Shown one piece after another: positions 36,916 to 49,181 of a stretch of DNA of 64,000 nt (its first letter is position 1; each line of letters begins with the position of its first letter). Below the pieces are notes generated by a model. That model did not search any database. It worked only from the letters and a program-made list of their open reading frames with translations, and had not been told where the DNA came from. Made by a program: the position numbers and the translations under genes. Location: the NCBI GenBank assembly GCA_030265395.1, contig JARFYF010000029.1:22812875-22876874 (forward strand), written 5' to 3'. Source of the stretch: Rhina ancylostomus. Lineage: Eukaryota.

Positions 36916-39549
36916 TTCCCACATTATAAGATGTATTTCCCAGCAAAGGCAGATATCAGTGATGAAGTTTATCACTGCCTCTTTTCATCTGCCACCACAG
37001 TTGATTGAGGTTGATCAAGACCTCAATCCTGTTGCAAAACCCATCATCTATCAGGCAACACTGATTTTGCCCTGCAATGTCTCTCTGAGACACAGATTAA
37101 CTACAGCAGACACTTCCAGCCCCTGGAAAGACACCACCTCTGCTGTCTCCAAAAAAATATTCTAAGTTCACTGGAAGGATAAGTGAATCAATGTCAATAT
37201 CCCCTGTCAGGTCCATATCCCTAATACTGAGGCATTGGGCAGGCCATACTATTTGTATTCCCAACATTAGTCTCTTAAACCAGCCATTCCATTCCAAGAT
37301 CTGTCATGGGAATAGATTATCAGGCAGACTAGACTGAAGGAAAGATCCAAGCACGTGCTCAAAGCCTACATGGAAATTGGAACATGCCCACTGATTCCAG
37401 AGAATCTGTGGCTTGTTGCATTTAGGGGTATGTGGGATGAAGTCCATTCACCAGGAGCACATGGTAGCTCCACCTTAAGAGGAAAAGGAGCACAACACCC
37501 CACAAACTACCCACCCTACTCCATCGGCTACCTGCTCCCCATTCATGGAGGGGTCAGCAGTTCGCACAGTGGCCCCACTAATCACCACAAAATTAACGTG
37601 AAAACAAGCCAACCTTGATCCAAGGCACTTCCTAAGAAAAGGAAGACATCTCCTCAAGCCTGCTGACTTGTTTAGCCCGCCACTATTGTGCTATTGTGTT
37701 TCGGAGACTGTACTTTAGTGATGCATTGCACAAGGGTGTGTTATTGGTTGAAATGAAAACACTGCTGAAGCGTCCTACATCTACCACCATTTCCACAATC
37801 CTGAGGTTTTCAGGATGCAGTGAGCATTTTAACCAAGGAACAAAGGCCTCAGCGAAATGCAAGGGTAAAGAGATTGACGTAAATAAAATGAGCTTTGGTT
37901 GTTTTCACATGTCAACCAAATTGGATAATAGAAATCGTCTATTTATGGACACCCAAGGACCAAGCGTGTGCCAAATCACACAGGTGGAACAACAAGGCTC
38001 CTGCTCCTTTCTCTCCCACTGACGTCCACATGGAATGTAAATGAATGTCGCATTCACTGCGATCACTTGGACGGCGTGTTGAGCTTTTCTAGCTACAAGA
38101 TAGGGAGGCAAGGAGGCAGACTTTAGTGTTCGGTGGAAGTTTCGATATCATGCTCCCATTTCGGATGGACGTCTTCAAGGACAAGACTTTCAGCCATTTC
38201 AGCCGATCGAGCGCTGGTTTACACCCAACATTTCATGGCCGCTCCCTGTTAATTTACAATCTTATTGTGGCATACTTTTGGGGTCAGTTCGGTTCCAGGA
38301 ATAAAGGAATTGAAAAACGACAATCCAACGATTACAGATATGCAAAAATACAAAATAGTGAAATCATTTATCTTTAGTAATGCGCAGAACAGAATGAAAT
38401 TAGAACATGTTTAGTAGGATCTATGTCATTGGCGACTTATGGCAAAGTCATCATTAAAATGGCCAATAAGGTATTTTGGATCGATTATCGTATAAATCAT
38501 ATTCACGCAATTTATCCATTAGTAAAATAAATCGACAACGGTGAAATTACTTCCTAAAAGTAAGATACCATTAGGAATGGAGACAGGTATTGCCCGGTAA
38601 TCTTCCACGTGTTGTCTGCAGAGTTTGGTTGCTCCAACTTTTCAGGCTGACCTTTGCCCATGAACTACAGCTGGGAAGTTTCAAAAGTGTAACAGCAAAA
38701 GCGCAATAATTATTTAGAGNNNNNNNNNNNNNNNNNNNNNNNNNNGCGGTCACTCTTGATTTCCCCTTTGCTGCGTCCATAAAAGGAAAGGGGGCGATTT
38801 CTTGGTTGATGGTTTTTCCGTGCACTGGTCGAGACCGGTGGTTGCTTCATTCCGCCGCTTGAGTCACAAGTAAAGATTTTAAAAGCTGCATAATGCTACA
38901 ATTTTTACGATGTTATCTCAACAGCAGCCATTAAAAGTAACCTACTCCGGAAAAAATCGGTTTGGTTCTGAAGATATAGCATTTTAAAACGCTTTATTTA
39001 AAACGATTTATTCATGAATGACGAATTCTGTCCGGCCAAGTGCCTCTTATAAAAATAAAATCATTGGGTGGCTAAATAAAGTAACTAGTTAAAGGCTGGT
39101 AGCGTTCTTGCGAAACGCCATAAACCTGCGTGTGTTTCTCCTCCCCTCTTCCACCGCCACCCAATAATAGTTACCATTTCCCCGATGAAACCAAGGGCAT
39201 GAAATCTAATTGAGAGCTACTGTTAATGTTTTGCTAAAGTTGTAAAACAAAACTTTTGCAGCTGAGGCCGCACATGCATTGAACACTGTCATTTCACCTG
39301 TGGCAGTTGGGAACCTTCACATTCTCTGTGAAATGTATTCTTGCTGTGAGGGTTGTGTGTAAATGGCCATTCGGCAGCCGGCTTGCCTGTGTTCTAGCCC
39401 ATACTTTCTCGTTGTGGGATGAGTAACAATTATACAGTATGGTTTCTATCGCCTTTTGTGTTCTTGCTTGAAATCAGGGCGGCCATAAACATTTGCGGTA
39501 AAACAGATCTTTTATCCACCGTCATATTAAGTTCAAATTTCTCATAATC

Positions 39550-41900
39550 AGTTTTCTTCAGACGTTAACTTGGTCCAATCTCCCTCGATTCCATGCAACC
39601 TAACGTTCCAGAACAGGCTACTATGTGGAACCTTATCAAAGGTTTTACTGATGTCCATATAGACAACATCTACAGTCCTGCCCTCATCAACCTTCTTGGT
39701 CACAAAAAACTTAATGAAGTTCATAAGGCATGATGTCTCACGCACAAACCATGCTGACTACTATTAATCAACCCCTGTATTACCAGATACATGTATATCC
39801 CAGANNNNNNNNNNCTCCAATATTTTATCTACCACAGAAGTTAGATTTACTGATCTATAGTTCTCAGGTTTTTCTTTGCAGCCCTTCTTAAATTAAGGCA
39901 CAACATTCACTACCCTCCACTCTTCCGGGACCTCCCCCCTGGCTAATGGTGATGCAAATATCTCAGCCAGGGCTCCCACAATTTCTTCTCTAGCTTCCCA
40001 CAGTGTTCTTGGCCCCAGAGAAGTGTCCACCTTCATATATTTTAAGATATCCAGCACCTCCTCTACTGTAATGTGGACAATCCCCAAGACATCCCCATTA
40101 ATTTTCCCTAGTTTTTAACCACCCTCCTTTCTTAAATATTGGGGTCATATGCGCTATCCTGAAGTCTGCAGGAACCATTCCAGCATCCGTAGAATTTTGG
40201 AAGTATCCATTATTTCAATAATCACCACCATCAGAACTCTGGAATACGGATCATCTGGTCCTTGGGATTTATCATTTTTCAGGCTCATTAAACACTCTAG
40301 TTGTATTTACTAATTTCTTTCATGTCCTGTTCGCACTGGGCCCTTGGTTCTTCAGTTCCTCATTAAGCTTCCCTAGTTCAAGTTGATGGGGACTTCTTGG
40401 AGATAGTCTGCATTACAGTTAAGGTGGTGTTCAATGTCTTAAAATATATGAAGGTAGATGAATCTCCAGGGCCTGATCAGGTATATCCAAGAACACTATG
40501 GGAGACAAGAAACAGCGGGAGCTCTGGCTGAGATATTTGCACGTCTTCATGTCTTTCTCCATGGTAAAAACAGAGAAGAAATATTGATTGAGGGCCTTGC
40601 CCATCTCCTGTGGCTCCACACATGGATGTCTACTTTGATCTTTGAGGGGCCCTATTCTCTCTCTAGTTACTCTTTTCCCTTAATATAATTATAAATCTAG
40701 TTGTATTCTCCTTAATCTTCTCTGCCAAAGCTATCTCATGCTGTCTTTTTGCCCTCCTAATTTCCTTCTTGAGCGCACTCCTGCATCCCCTATATTCCTC
40801 CAGGGATTTACTTGATCCCAGCTGGCTGTATGTGACCCATGCCTCCTTCTCTATCCTGGCTAGGGCTTCAATATCTCTTGTCATCCAGGGTTCCCTACTC
40901 CTCCCAGCCTTGCCCTTCAATCCAACAGGAACATGTAGGCCTTGAGCTCTCACTATCTCACTTTTAAAGCTTGCCACATGCCAGAGGTCCCTTTGCCCAC
41001 AACCTACTCCAATCAACCATTGCAAGCTCCTTCTAATACCGTCAAAATTTGCCTTGGCCCATTTCAAATCTTGAACCTGTGGACCAGTTTAGTCCCTTTC
41101 CATAACTATTGTAAAACTGATAGAAGTATGGTCACGGGTCCCCCACTGTCACCTCAGTCATGTGCCCTGCCCTGTTACCCAGGAGTCAGTGGAGTTTTGC
41201 CCTCTCCTTTGTCGGGCCCTCTATATGTTGCCTGAGGAAACTTTCCTGAACACACTTGACAAATTCCACCTCATCTAAGCCCTTAACACTATGGCAGTCC
41301 CAGTCTATGTTTGGAAAGTTAAAATCCCCTACTATGACAACCTTATTATTCTAACAGCTCTCCACAATATCCCTGTATATTTGTTCCTCTAATTCCCATT
41401 GACTATATGGGGGCCTATAGTACAACCCCCAACAAGGTGATCATCTCCTTTTAATTTCTCTGCTCCACCTATAAAGCCTCACTAAATGATCCTTCAGTAA
41501 TTTTGTCTCTGATTACTGCCGTGTTGTTCCCCTTAATCAGAAATGCAACTCAGCCTGCCCTCTTTCCTCCACCTCTATCCTGCCTGGAGCATCTGTATCC
41601 TGGAACATTAAGCTACCAGTCCTGTCCCTCCTTTAGCCATGTTTCCGTAATGGCTATAATATCCCAGTCCCACGTATCTATCCGTGGCCGGAGTTCACCT
41701 GCCTTACCTGTCAGACCTCCTGCACTTAAGTAAATGCAAATTAATCTCAGAGACTTTCCTTGCTCCCTGCTGTGCTCCTGCCTGTCTTTACTTAACTTGC
41801 TGTTGCTGACTTCTGTATCACTTTCCAGCCTCTCATTTGCCTCCCTACTGCCTAAGATACCACCCCCCTGCCAATCTAGTTTAAACCCTCCCAAACTCTT
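39550..41900 (-). mobile_element. CR1 LINE ORF2 5' portion (endonuclease to RT start), rearranged
   Basis: WDWDIIAITETWLKEGQDW, KANFDGIRR, LKKEIRRAKRxHE, GEVPEEWRVxNVVP and VDEGRxVDVVYMDxSKxFDKVPH in minus-strand ORFs. Confidence 0.92.
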
Positions 41901-42547
41901 TAAATCTACAGGGGGAGAATATGGTGGAACCACATGGCCACCTTTGTCCCACCTGATCATGGTTTTGTTACCAAGATACAAAGAAAGCTCATTATATTTT
42001 TTTGGGAAGGGCTACTTCGAGGTTGAAGTGCTGCTAGTAAGTTAAAGTAAAGGCTTTAATAATACTGGGCTTTGGTGAGGAGGGCAAGCAGTGTTAACAT
42101 AAGGCAAGGTAAGATTGTTTCTCTTTTATAAGTCCACTAGTTTATTAAAGGACCAGTAATGGACACTGCAGAGATATCTCCTTCTCTTATTTCCAACACC
42201 TTTCTTGGACAATCTTCAGTTCCAATTGCCATCTGGTTAAACATGGCAGGCTGCTTTGATATCTAGCAGCATGGGAGCCCCCTAGTAGAGGAGAGTCTGT
42301 GCAGGAATCCTTGTCTTTCCCTCAGGGACCTGGGTGGAGTGTGTAACACAGCAATCAATTTTAAACAAAGTTTATGAACCCCAGGCTATCCTTATATAAA
42401 GAGTATGAGAGTTTGCAGCCCCTATTATACCTGAAAGGCAACACTACAAGTTTTGGATACACCTGAAACCAATGGTCCTGATATTTGAGGAGGGGGATGA
42501 GTTGCTGTAGGATTGTTCTAATTGGGTTGTTCCTGGGGCTGATCAGA

Positions 42548-42820
42548 TATCTTTATTAGTCACACATACATCAAAACACACAGTGAAATGCATCTCTGAG
42601 TAGAATGTTCTGGGGGCAGCCCACAAGTGTCGCCATGCTTCCGGCACCAACATAGCTTCCTAATCCATATGTCTTTTGGAATGTGGGATGAAACCGGAGC
42701 ACCCAGAGGAAATCCACGCAAACACCGGGAGAACAAACGCCTTACAGGCAGAGGCCGTAATTGAACCCAGGTTGCTGGCACTGTAAAGCATTACGCTAAC
42801 CTCTACACTACTGTGCCTGC
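42548..42820 (-). mobile_element. tRNA-derived V-SINE
   Basis: Minus strand A-box-like TAGTGTAGAGG, B-box-like GGTTCAATTAC, V-domain gtggatttcctctgggtgctccggtttcatcccacattccaaaagac, and a tail ending aataaagatatct. Confidence 0.85.
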
Positions 42821-44396
42821 ACGTGCGTGATCAGGGTGCCCATCCATAAGTCAAGGCAGTGGGCCATTGAGTAGTACATTCATCCTGACTGCTTGCCTTC
42901 TTCCAAGGTTGCACAATGCCAGGATATTGCTGGAGAGGATGTATGGTGTATCTTTTGGCAGGCAATGGGTGCCACAGGGACTTCAGTGCACCTTGGATGA
43001 GGGAGGTGGTATTTTAATAAATTATACTGTATATATTGATTTTATTGTGCAAAAGTTATTTTAAAATTATATACCAAAGCAGTCAAGTTAAGAGGAAAAA
43101 AAGAAAAATACTTTTGGCTTTGTACACCAGGTCATGTCTTACTTGGTCTTCTCAAATTTCTTTATTTAAACTCTGTAGCCATTGGCATCTAACTCTTACA
43201 GTTGGCCTTGTCTGCAGTTTACATGCCTACTTCATTTTGCTTCCTCTGCTCGTTGGTAACAGATGTCAGGGCTCACATCTACAGCATCACTTGGTGAGGA
43301 ACAGCCTTCACCATAGATGTCCCCAGTTTCTGATGGCTTCCAACAATTCCCAGCCCTATCCAATTCTATGCCAGATAATAGACTTCTAGCTTGTTACTTC
43401 ATATTAAAAGAACCTTATCTGGACAAACCAGGAATGTGGTTACAGTGGAGAGATAATATATATGATGGACACTGATAAAGTGTACAACAGAAAATGTTAC
43501 CTGTCACAAGCAGCGGGAAAATTGTCATGGATACAGTACTTCATACAAAGAGCACTAAAAGTGATAGGATATCCAGGATGTGACTAAATGCAGCATTAAT
43601 TGTTTAAACACTTGTTCCTAAAATGTACTGCTGTTTATGCTTTTATAGCTGGTTAGTTAGGGTATAGGGAATATAAAGGGAGTTGTGAGAGCAAGGAAAA
43701 AAAAGGCTTCTGGTTTCTAGTAGGTTTTTGCTTCTATTAGCTTTTCTGTTGCTCATGTGGACTTCTAGTGACATCTTTATTGTTTCGAATTCATTAAGTT
43801 TCCTTTCTGTTTTTTTTTAAAAACCTACAATAATAAAGGTATGGCATTACAATAAAATTCACCACAAGGAAATGTGCTTGTGGTTTTACGAGAAGGTGTA
43901 ATCATGGTGAGGTAAAAAAAAACAAGATCAGGGATGTTTATACACAACGGGGACCAGAAAGCAAAGGCCATAATAACACTTCATGCTTGTAAAAAGAAAG
44001 TAGAATGCAGCTTTATAAATCAGTGCCCTGAAGCATGCTTTCATTACTTGTTAAATGAGAAGTATTTGGGAATGGGAATGAGGCACACAGAGAAGCAGTG
44101 ATGGGGAATGATGGGGATTATTGGTAACAAGGGGAAATCCAATAAACCAACTCAAGAACTTGAGTAAAAATTGAAGAATGAAAGGGGATATCTCTACTGC
44201 GTAGCATTCCTTCTGTGGTGCATGAGAATATTCAGACCTCTGGATGTGAATTCACAATTTTCTGGCTCAAAAATGAGAGTACTACCACTAAGCCAATGCC
44301 AACACATAACTGAAAATACTTTAAAGAGCCAGGACATTATTATTGATATTGCTTTCACAGAAATTAAACAGTATGTAGTTTAGTAGTTAGGCTATG

Positions 44397-44802
44397 TGTC
44401 ACAATGTTGAGCAAGGAGCAAGCTCGCAGAGAACCCAAATGCAGTGCACCGATACAAGACTAGAGTCAAGATACTTCCTCAGGACAAACGCAGGCAGCAA
44501 CTGGAAGGAATCTTGCCTCAGATCTGAAGAGGAATCCCAACACAAACTGGATCTTCAAAAAGGAATAGAGAACACAGGACTGCTCTAGAGTAGACCACTC
44601 TAAGCAACTAGGAGCCAAAGTATACCCAAAGGTAGACCAATACTCTGGCAATGAGTGCCAGAGAAACACAGGGACTTATGCTAGGCCCCTGATGGGGCTC
44701 AGATGAGTGTCATTATTACAATCAGCCAGGCATGGAATCCATGTGCTGGACAACAAGGCATTAAAGGAGCCAAATTGAGGGCCAGAACTCAGAACCATGA
44801 GA
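44397..44802 (-). mobile_element. Gypsy LTR (copy C, complete, about 406 bp)
   Basis: Aligns end to end with copy D. Left flank CTATG, right flank GATAG, so it has no TSD of its own. Confidence 0.9.
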
Positions 44803-44965
44803 GATAGGATGTTTTCTGTGGTGCATCTACAAAAATTGCTGAGGGTCATTGAGGACATGCGGAATTTCTTCAGCCTTCAGCCTTCTGAGGAAGCAGAAAA
44901 CGCTGATATGCTTTTTTGGGCATAGCATCTACATGGTTGGACCTGGACAAGCGATTAGTGATATA
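44803..44965 (-). mobile_element. Rex1-type LINE fragment
   Basis: Minus strand FLRRLxKFxMSxxTLSNFCRCTTENILS motif. Confidence 0.75.
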
Positions 44966-45519
44966 ATATAAAAAAATAGAAGCAGGAATCGACCACTCAG
45001 CTGCCTTTCAATGAGATTGTGACTAACCTTATACCTCAGTACCACTTTCCTGCACCAACCAATGTTCCTCGATTCCCAATACCTAAATAGAATGCAGCAC
45101 AACCCATTATTTTATAGTTGCATTTTTTAGTGAAACATGTGGCTAATGATCGACAGAATAATCTTCTTGCCTCAGTTATGTTCCTGACTTCTATGTGGTG
45201 ACATTATCTTTCTGGAAGCTCGAGGCATTTTTCAGTCATACAAGGATTGTTGTGGATTGTATTAATATTCGATCACAGCACGGACCGAGGCTGCAGCTCA
45301 GAAATAATATTAACTTTTATGGTCAGGAGGCACCAGTTTGTGCTATTATTGAGGATCTAACTGCTCATGCAAAGCAGCTCATGCAAAGCAGCAAATAAAA
45401 GAAATGCTTGCACAACATCAGACTGCCAATAAAGAACCCAGATTGCTTCCCTGTATAAAGCAGTGCTCCAGAGCAGGACAAAGTGTGCTCCAGTAGATGT
45501 GTGTAAGTGTATGCTTTAT

Positions 45520-45925
45520 TAGAACATAGAACATTACAGCACAGAACAGTCCTTTCGGCCCACAATGTTGTGCCAACATAACTAATCCCTCCTATCTACA
45601 GAATGCCCATCTTCCTCCATTTTCCTCATTCATGTGCCCATCCAAGCCCCTCTTAAAAGCCCCCAATGAATTTGCCTCCACCACCCTATCAGGCAACACA
45701 TTCCAGGCATCCACCACTCTCTGAGTAAAAAAACGTACCCCTCACGTCTGTTCTGAACCTACCCCCTCTCACCTTAAATGCATGTCCTCTGGTGTTGGAT
45801 CGCTCAATAATGGGAAAAAGGTATTGCTTGTCCACCCTATGTACGCCCCTCATCATTTTATACACTTCCAACAGATCTCCCCTCAGCCTCCGCCACTCCA
45901 GAGTAAAGAGCCCAAGTTTGTCTCT
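45520..45925 (-). mobile_element. CR1 3' end
   Basis: KLGLFTLEWRRLRGDLLEVYKMMRG..TRGHAFKVRG and a (ttcta)n-type tail. Confidence 0.9.
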
Positions 45926-48420
45926 CCCTCCCTCCTTCTCCCATACCACTTCTTTCACCTGAGATCTTTCTGTTCTTCTGATGTTGGCTCCTTGCAGATT
46001 TACAGAGCCTTCAGGTGCCTGCATCCTAATCTCCGGAATTCTATTCCTAAATCTCTCTACCAGTGTCCCACCTTTGGACATTCAGATCCTCCCTCTTTGA
46101 TCACACTTTTCCAATACTTGGCTGGTTTTTGAATTTTCGATGATGGGTATCCTGTGATATTTTACTAAATTAAGTGTAGACAGTGCACAGACTATAGATC
46201 ACATTGTCCAACCAGGAGGTATAAAATGCAAGAACATCACCAGTTAAAATTAAAACAGCTCTGCTCAATGTATTTTCAATAGTTTAAAATTCTAAATAGC
46301 TACCTCAATACACAGCCAATTTATTTTTCTTTACCTTTGTTCTTTTTAAAATCAGTTTAGTATAGCAGTACTGTACAGCACCAATAGCCATTTAACAAGG
46401 ACACGAATCTTGTTGCCTTGCAATATTCAGTAATTCCACAAAAGTCTGAGGCATATTGTCTCCTCAGATTTTCGACACATCAAGTAAAATTATAAAATCT
46501 GTCTGGTTACCACATGCCAGTACATTATTAAAATACTTTTCTTAAGCAAAGTTTTTTAAACAAAAATCATCTTGATTGAATTGTCAGCCTATGATGTTTT
46601 TGAACAGCAAGAAAGACGGCTACATTCTCTGAACCCTCTGTCCTGAGGACTAATGCAGTAATGTTTAGTCTGTTCTATTGACACAGCCCTTTGCATTATA
46701 AAAGGTTTCATCAGCTTTCCTTAGGAGGGAAATAAATTGGAATTCTTTGTAAACTGTTAACTAAATTCTAAAATGTTAAACTAATCCTGTGGGTACACAT
46801 ATATCAGACTAAGAATACCATGAATTCCTGATGTTTTTCTGCACTTTAAGCAGATTTGAACATTGGTTTATTCTGATATCTTAGACCAATTTCCCACCAA
46901 CTCTGTAAGCTGCAGGTTCCAATCTTATTCTAAAGTCAACAAGATACTTTATTTAGACTGTAGTTGCAAATGTAATCTACTCCACAATCCTTAATCAATA
47001 TGTGCCACATTAAATTATACAGATTTACAAAGTTATAAAGTGGAACCATCTAGTTCTGGGTTTTCAAATTAAAACATTGTTCAGAAGAAATTTAAATAAA
47101 ATAAGGGTAATATAAACCATACGAGTCCTATCCTGCTTATAATTGTTAAATAGACTGGAGCAACAAAGATTTTTGGAAGATAAATATAAAATAAAATGAA
47201 CCAAGAAAGAAAATATATAAGTGTGTATTATCAAAATGCAAATTTCAAGAAAAACCCTTGTAAGTCTGTGATATGATAGCTTCTTGATTAATCCAGTTAA
47301 GGCCTTATTTTAATAGAAGCCTTTATGCCTTTTCACTGGAAACTTTAAGGATCTCTTTAAATTCTGGCCATAGTGCTTAAACTTAAAATGATAACTATGA
47401 AATGTCAAGAAGTTGTAACACAAGCCCTCATTCCACATTGAATAAAATAAGTAGAAACAGAAGGAAAATTACATTGCCTGTAAATAGAAGGCTCATTGTT
47501 AGCAGCACTCATTCTTCAGGGTTGAAACCTGAATTCAACAACACCTTTAACACCGACAGTCAAAATAGTGTCACAACTTGGAGAATACACTACAAAGGTA
47601 AAATATTTGTATTGCCACCTAAAACTCTATTGTGCATTATACACCTCAGCACTCTGGCTATAGGAGTGTGTTTTTTGAACTGATCTACTAATTTATCATC
47701 TATCAGAACCTAATGATTCTGCAGCACTAATTAGTGCCAAGTCAGCAATGTGAAGTCAGTGTCATTAAAAAGGGAGCTGATAAAATACTACACTCCTTCA
47801 GTTCCTCCCATCCTGAGACCAGTAAGTCATCATAAGGTACAGTTCCACAGATATTCCCAATTTTACAGCCAGATAGTCATTCTTCATGTGGGAGACTAGA
47901 TAATTGGTGACACATTCTTTCAACAATAGGGCTCTAAAATATTAAGTCCTAACTCAACATAAAAACACACTTCTCTGGAAGTTTTGCTGATTATGATCAG
48001 AAATTAGAACATTGGTTGCTGCCGAGCCTGGAGACACTGAGCCAACTGAAGTACTTGAATGCCAGTCACATCACAATGAATGAACCTTGCTGCAAAGTCT
48101 ACATTTGAGTGTCAGTACTAAAAACAGGTGCAGTCTTAAATAAGATGTCCACATTTCACAAATAAAGAGCAATGATGCAGATGAGATGCAGTTCAACTCA
48201 CGACTTTGGAACTTCCAGAAGCAAACAATATTAAGAAGCTTACTAGTCGACTGTTTATCTCCCTCCATAGATGCTGCCTGACCTGCTGAGTTCCTCCAGC
48301 ATTTTATGTGTGTTGCTTGTNNNNNNNNNNNNNNNNNNNNNNNNNNNNNNNNNNNNNNNNNNNNNNNNNNNNNNNNNNNNNNNNNNNNNNNNNNNNNNNN
48401 NNNNNNNNNNNNNNNNNNNN

Positions 48421-48786
48421 CTCAGTGGAGTACATGGAGGGCCACAGTTCAAAAACTAACAGGCATTGTAGTAGGAAGGACCAGCATTTTCCCAGATTCC
48501 CAGTGTAGGGTTCTAGGTCAGGTACATGTGGTTCCCTGGGTGGTTGGGACATCAGATTGTACTGTGGCACTCCAACTGATGGCCCAGGCTGGTCAGACAG
48601 AATTCCACAATTGGCAGAGGCAAGGAGAGCAGAGACTCAGCTGACCTGTTCACTGAGCTGCCCAACAGACACAGTAAAGGTATGGAAGTCTTCCACAACC
48701 CCTCAGAGCTCCTGGTTATGCCAGCCCAGAAGTGAGCTCTGGCTGGCGAGGGCTTCATACAGGGGATTCCTGTCTGCTGGGTTCAT
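48421..48786 (-). pseudogene. Ty3/Gypsy (sushi-like, PEG10/RTL-type) gag N-terminus, disrupted
   Basis: In-frame MNPADRNPLYEALASQ..EL*..VS*..REPHVPDLEPYTGNLGKCWSFLLQCLLVFEL.PSMYSTE. Two in-frame TGA stops. Truncated by the gap at 48321-48420. Confidence 0.85.
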
Positions 48787-48788
48787 TC

Positions 48789-49181
48789 TGTCACAATGTT
48801 AAGGAGCAAGGTTGCAGAGAACCCAAATGCAGCACACTGATACAAGACTGGAATCAGGATACTTCCTCAGGACAAACACAGGCAGCAATTGGAAAGAATC
48901 TTGCCTCAGAGATCAGAAGAAGAATCCCAACACAAACTGGAATCTTCAAGAAGGAATAGAGAACACAGGACTGCTCTAGAGTAGAGTACACTAAGCAACT
49001 AGGAGCCAAAGGTTGACGAATACTCTGGTAACTAGTGCTAGAGAAACACAGGTACTTACGCTAGGCCCCTGATGGGGCTCAGGTGTGTGTCATTATGTAA
49101 GCAATCCAGCATGGAATCCATGTGCTGGATAATAAGGCATTAAAGGAGCCAAATTGAGGGCCAGAACTCAGAACCATGACG
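48789..49181 (-). mobile_element. Gypsy 5' LTR (copy D, about 393 bp)
   Basis: Same LTR family as A-C, directly followed by gag on the minus strand. Outer flank CTATG at 49182-49186. Confidence 0.9.

Larger units (their letters stand above)
33480..37645 (+). mobile_element. Long decayed RTE LINE interrupted by younger insertions
   Basis: Endonuclease remnants (FAIK, ENFYSSLE, DFNARVG near 33845), KKNQDWFDEND, GADGIPPEILK, FxxLxKxxDS and VKQxCVI, and an RTE-type tail at about 37600-37645, all in collinear order. Confidence 0.85.

Noticed and set aside
42740-42820. tRNA gene
   Set aside because: The A/B boxes belong to the head of a V-SINE. No complete cloverleaf is evident.
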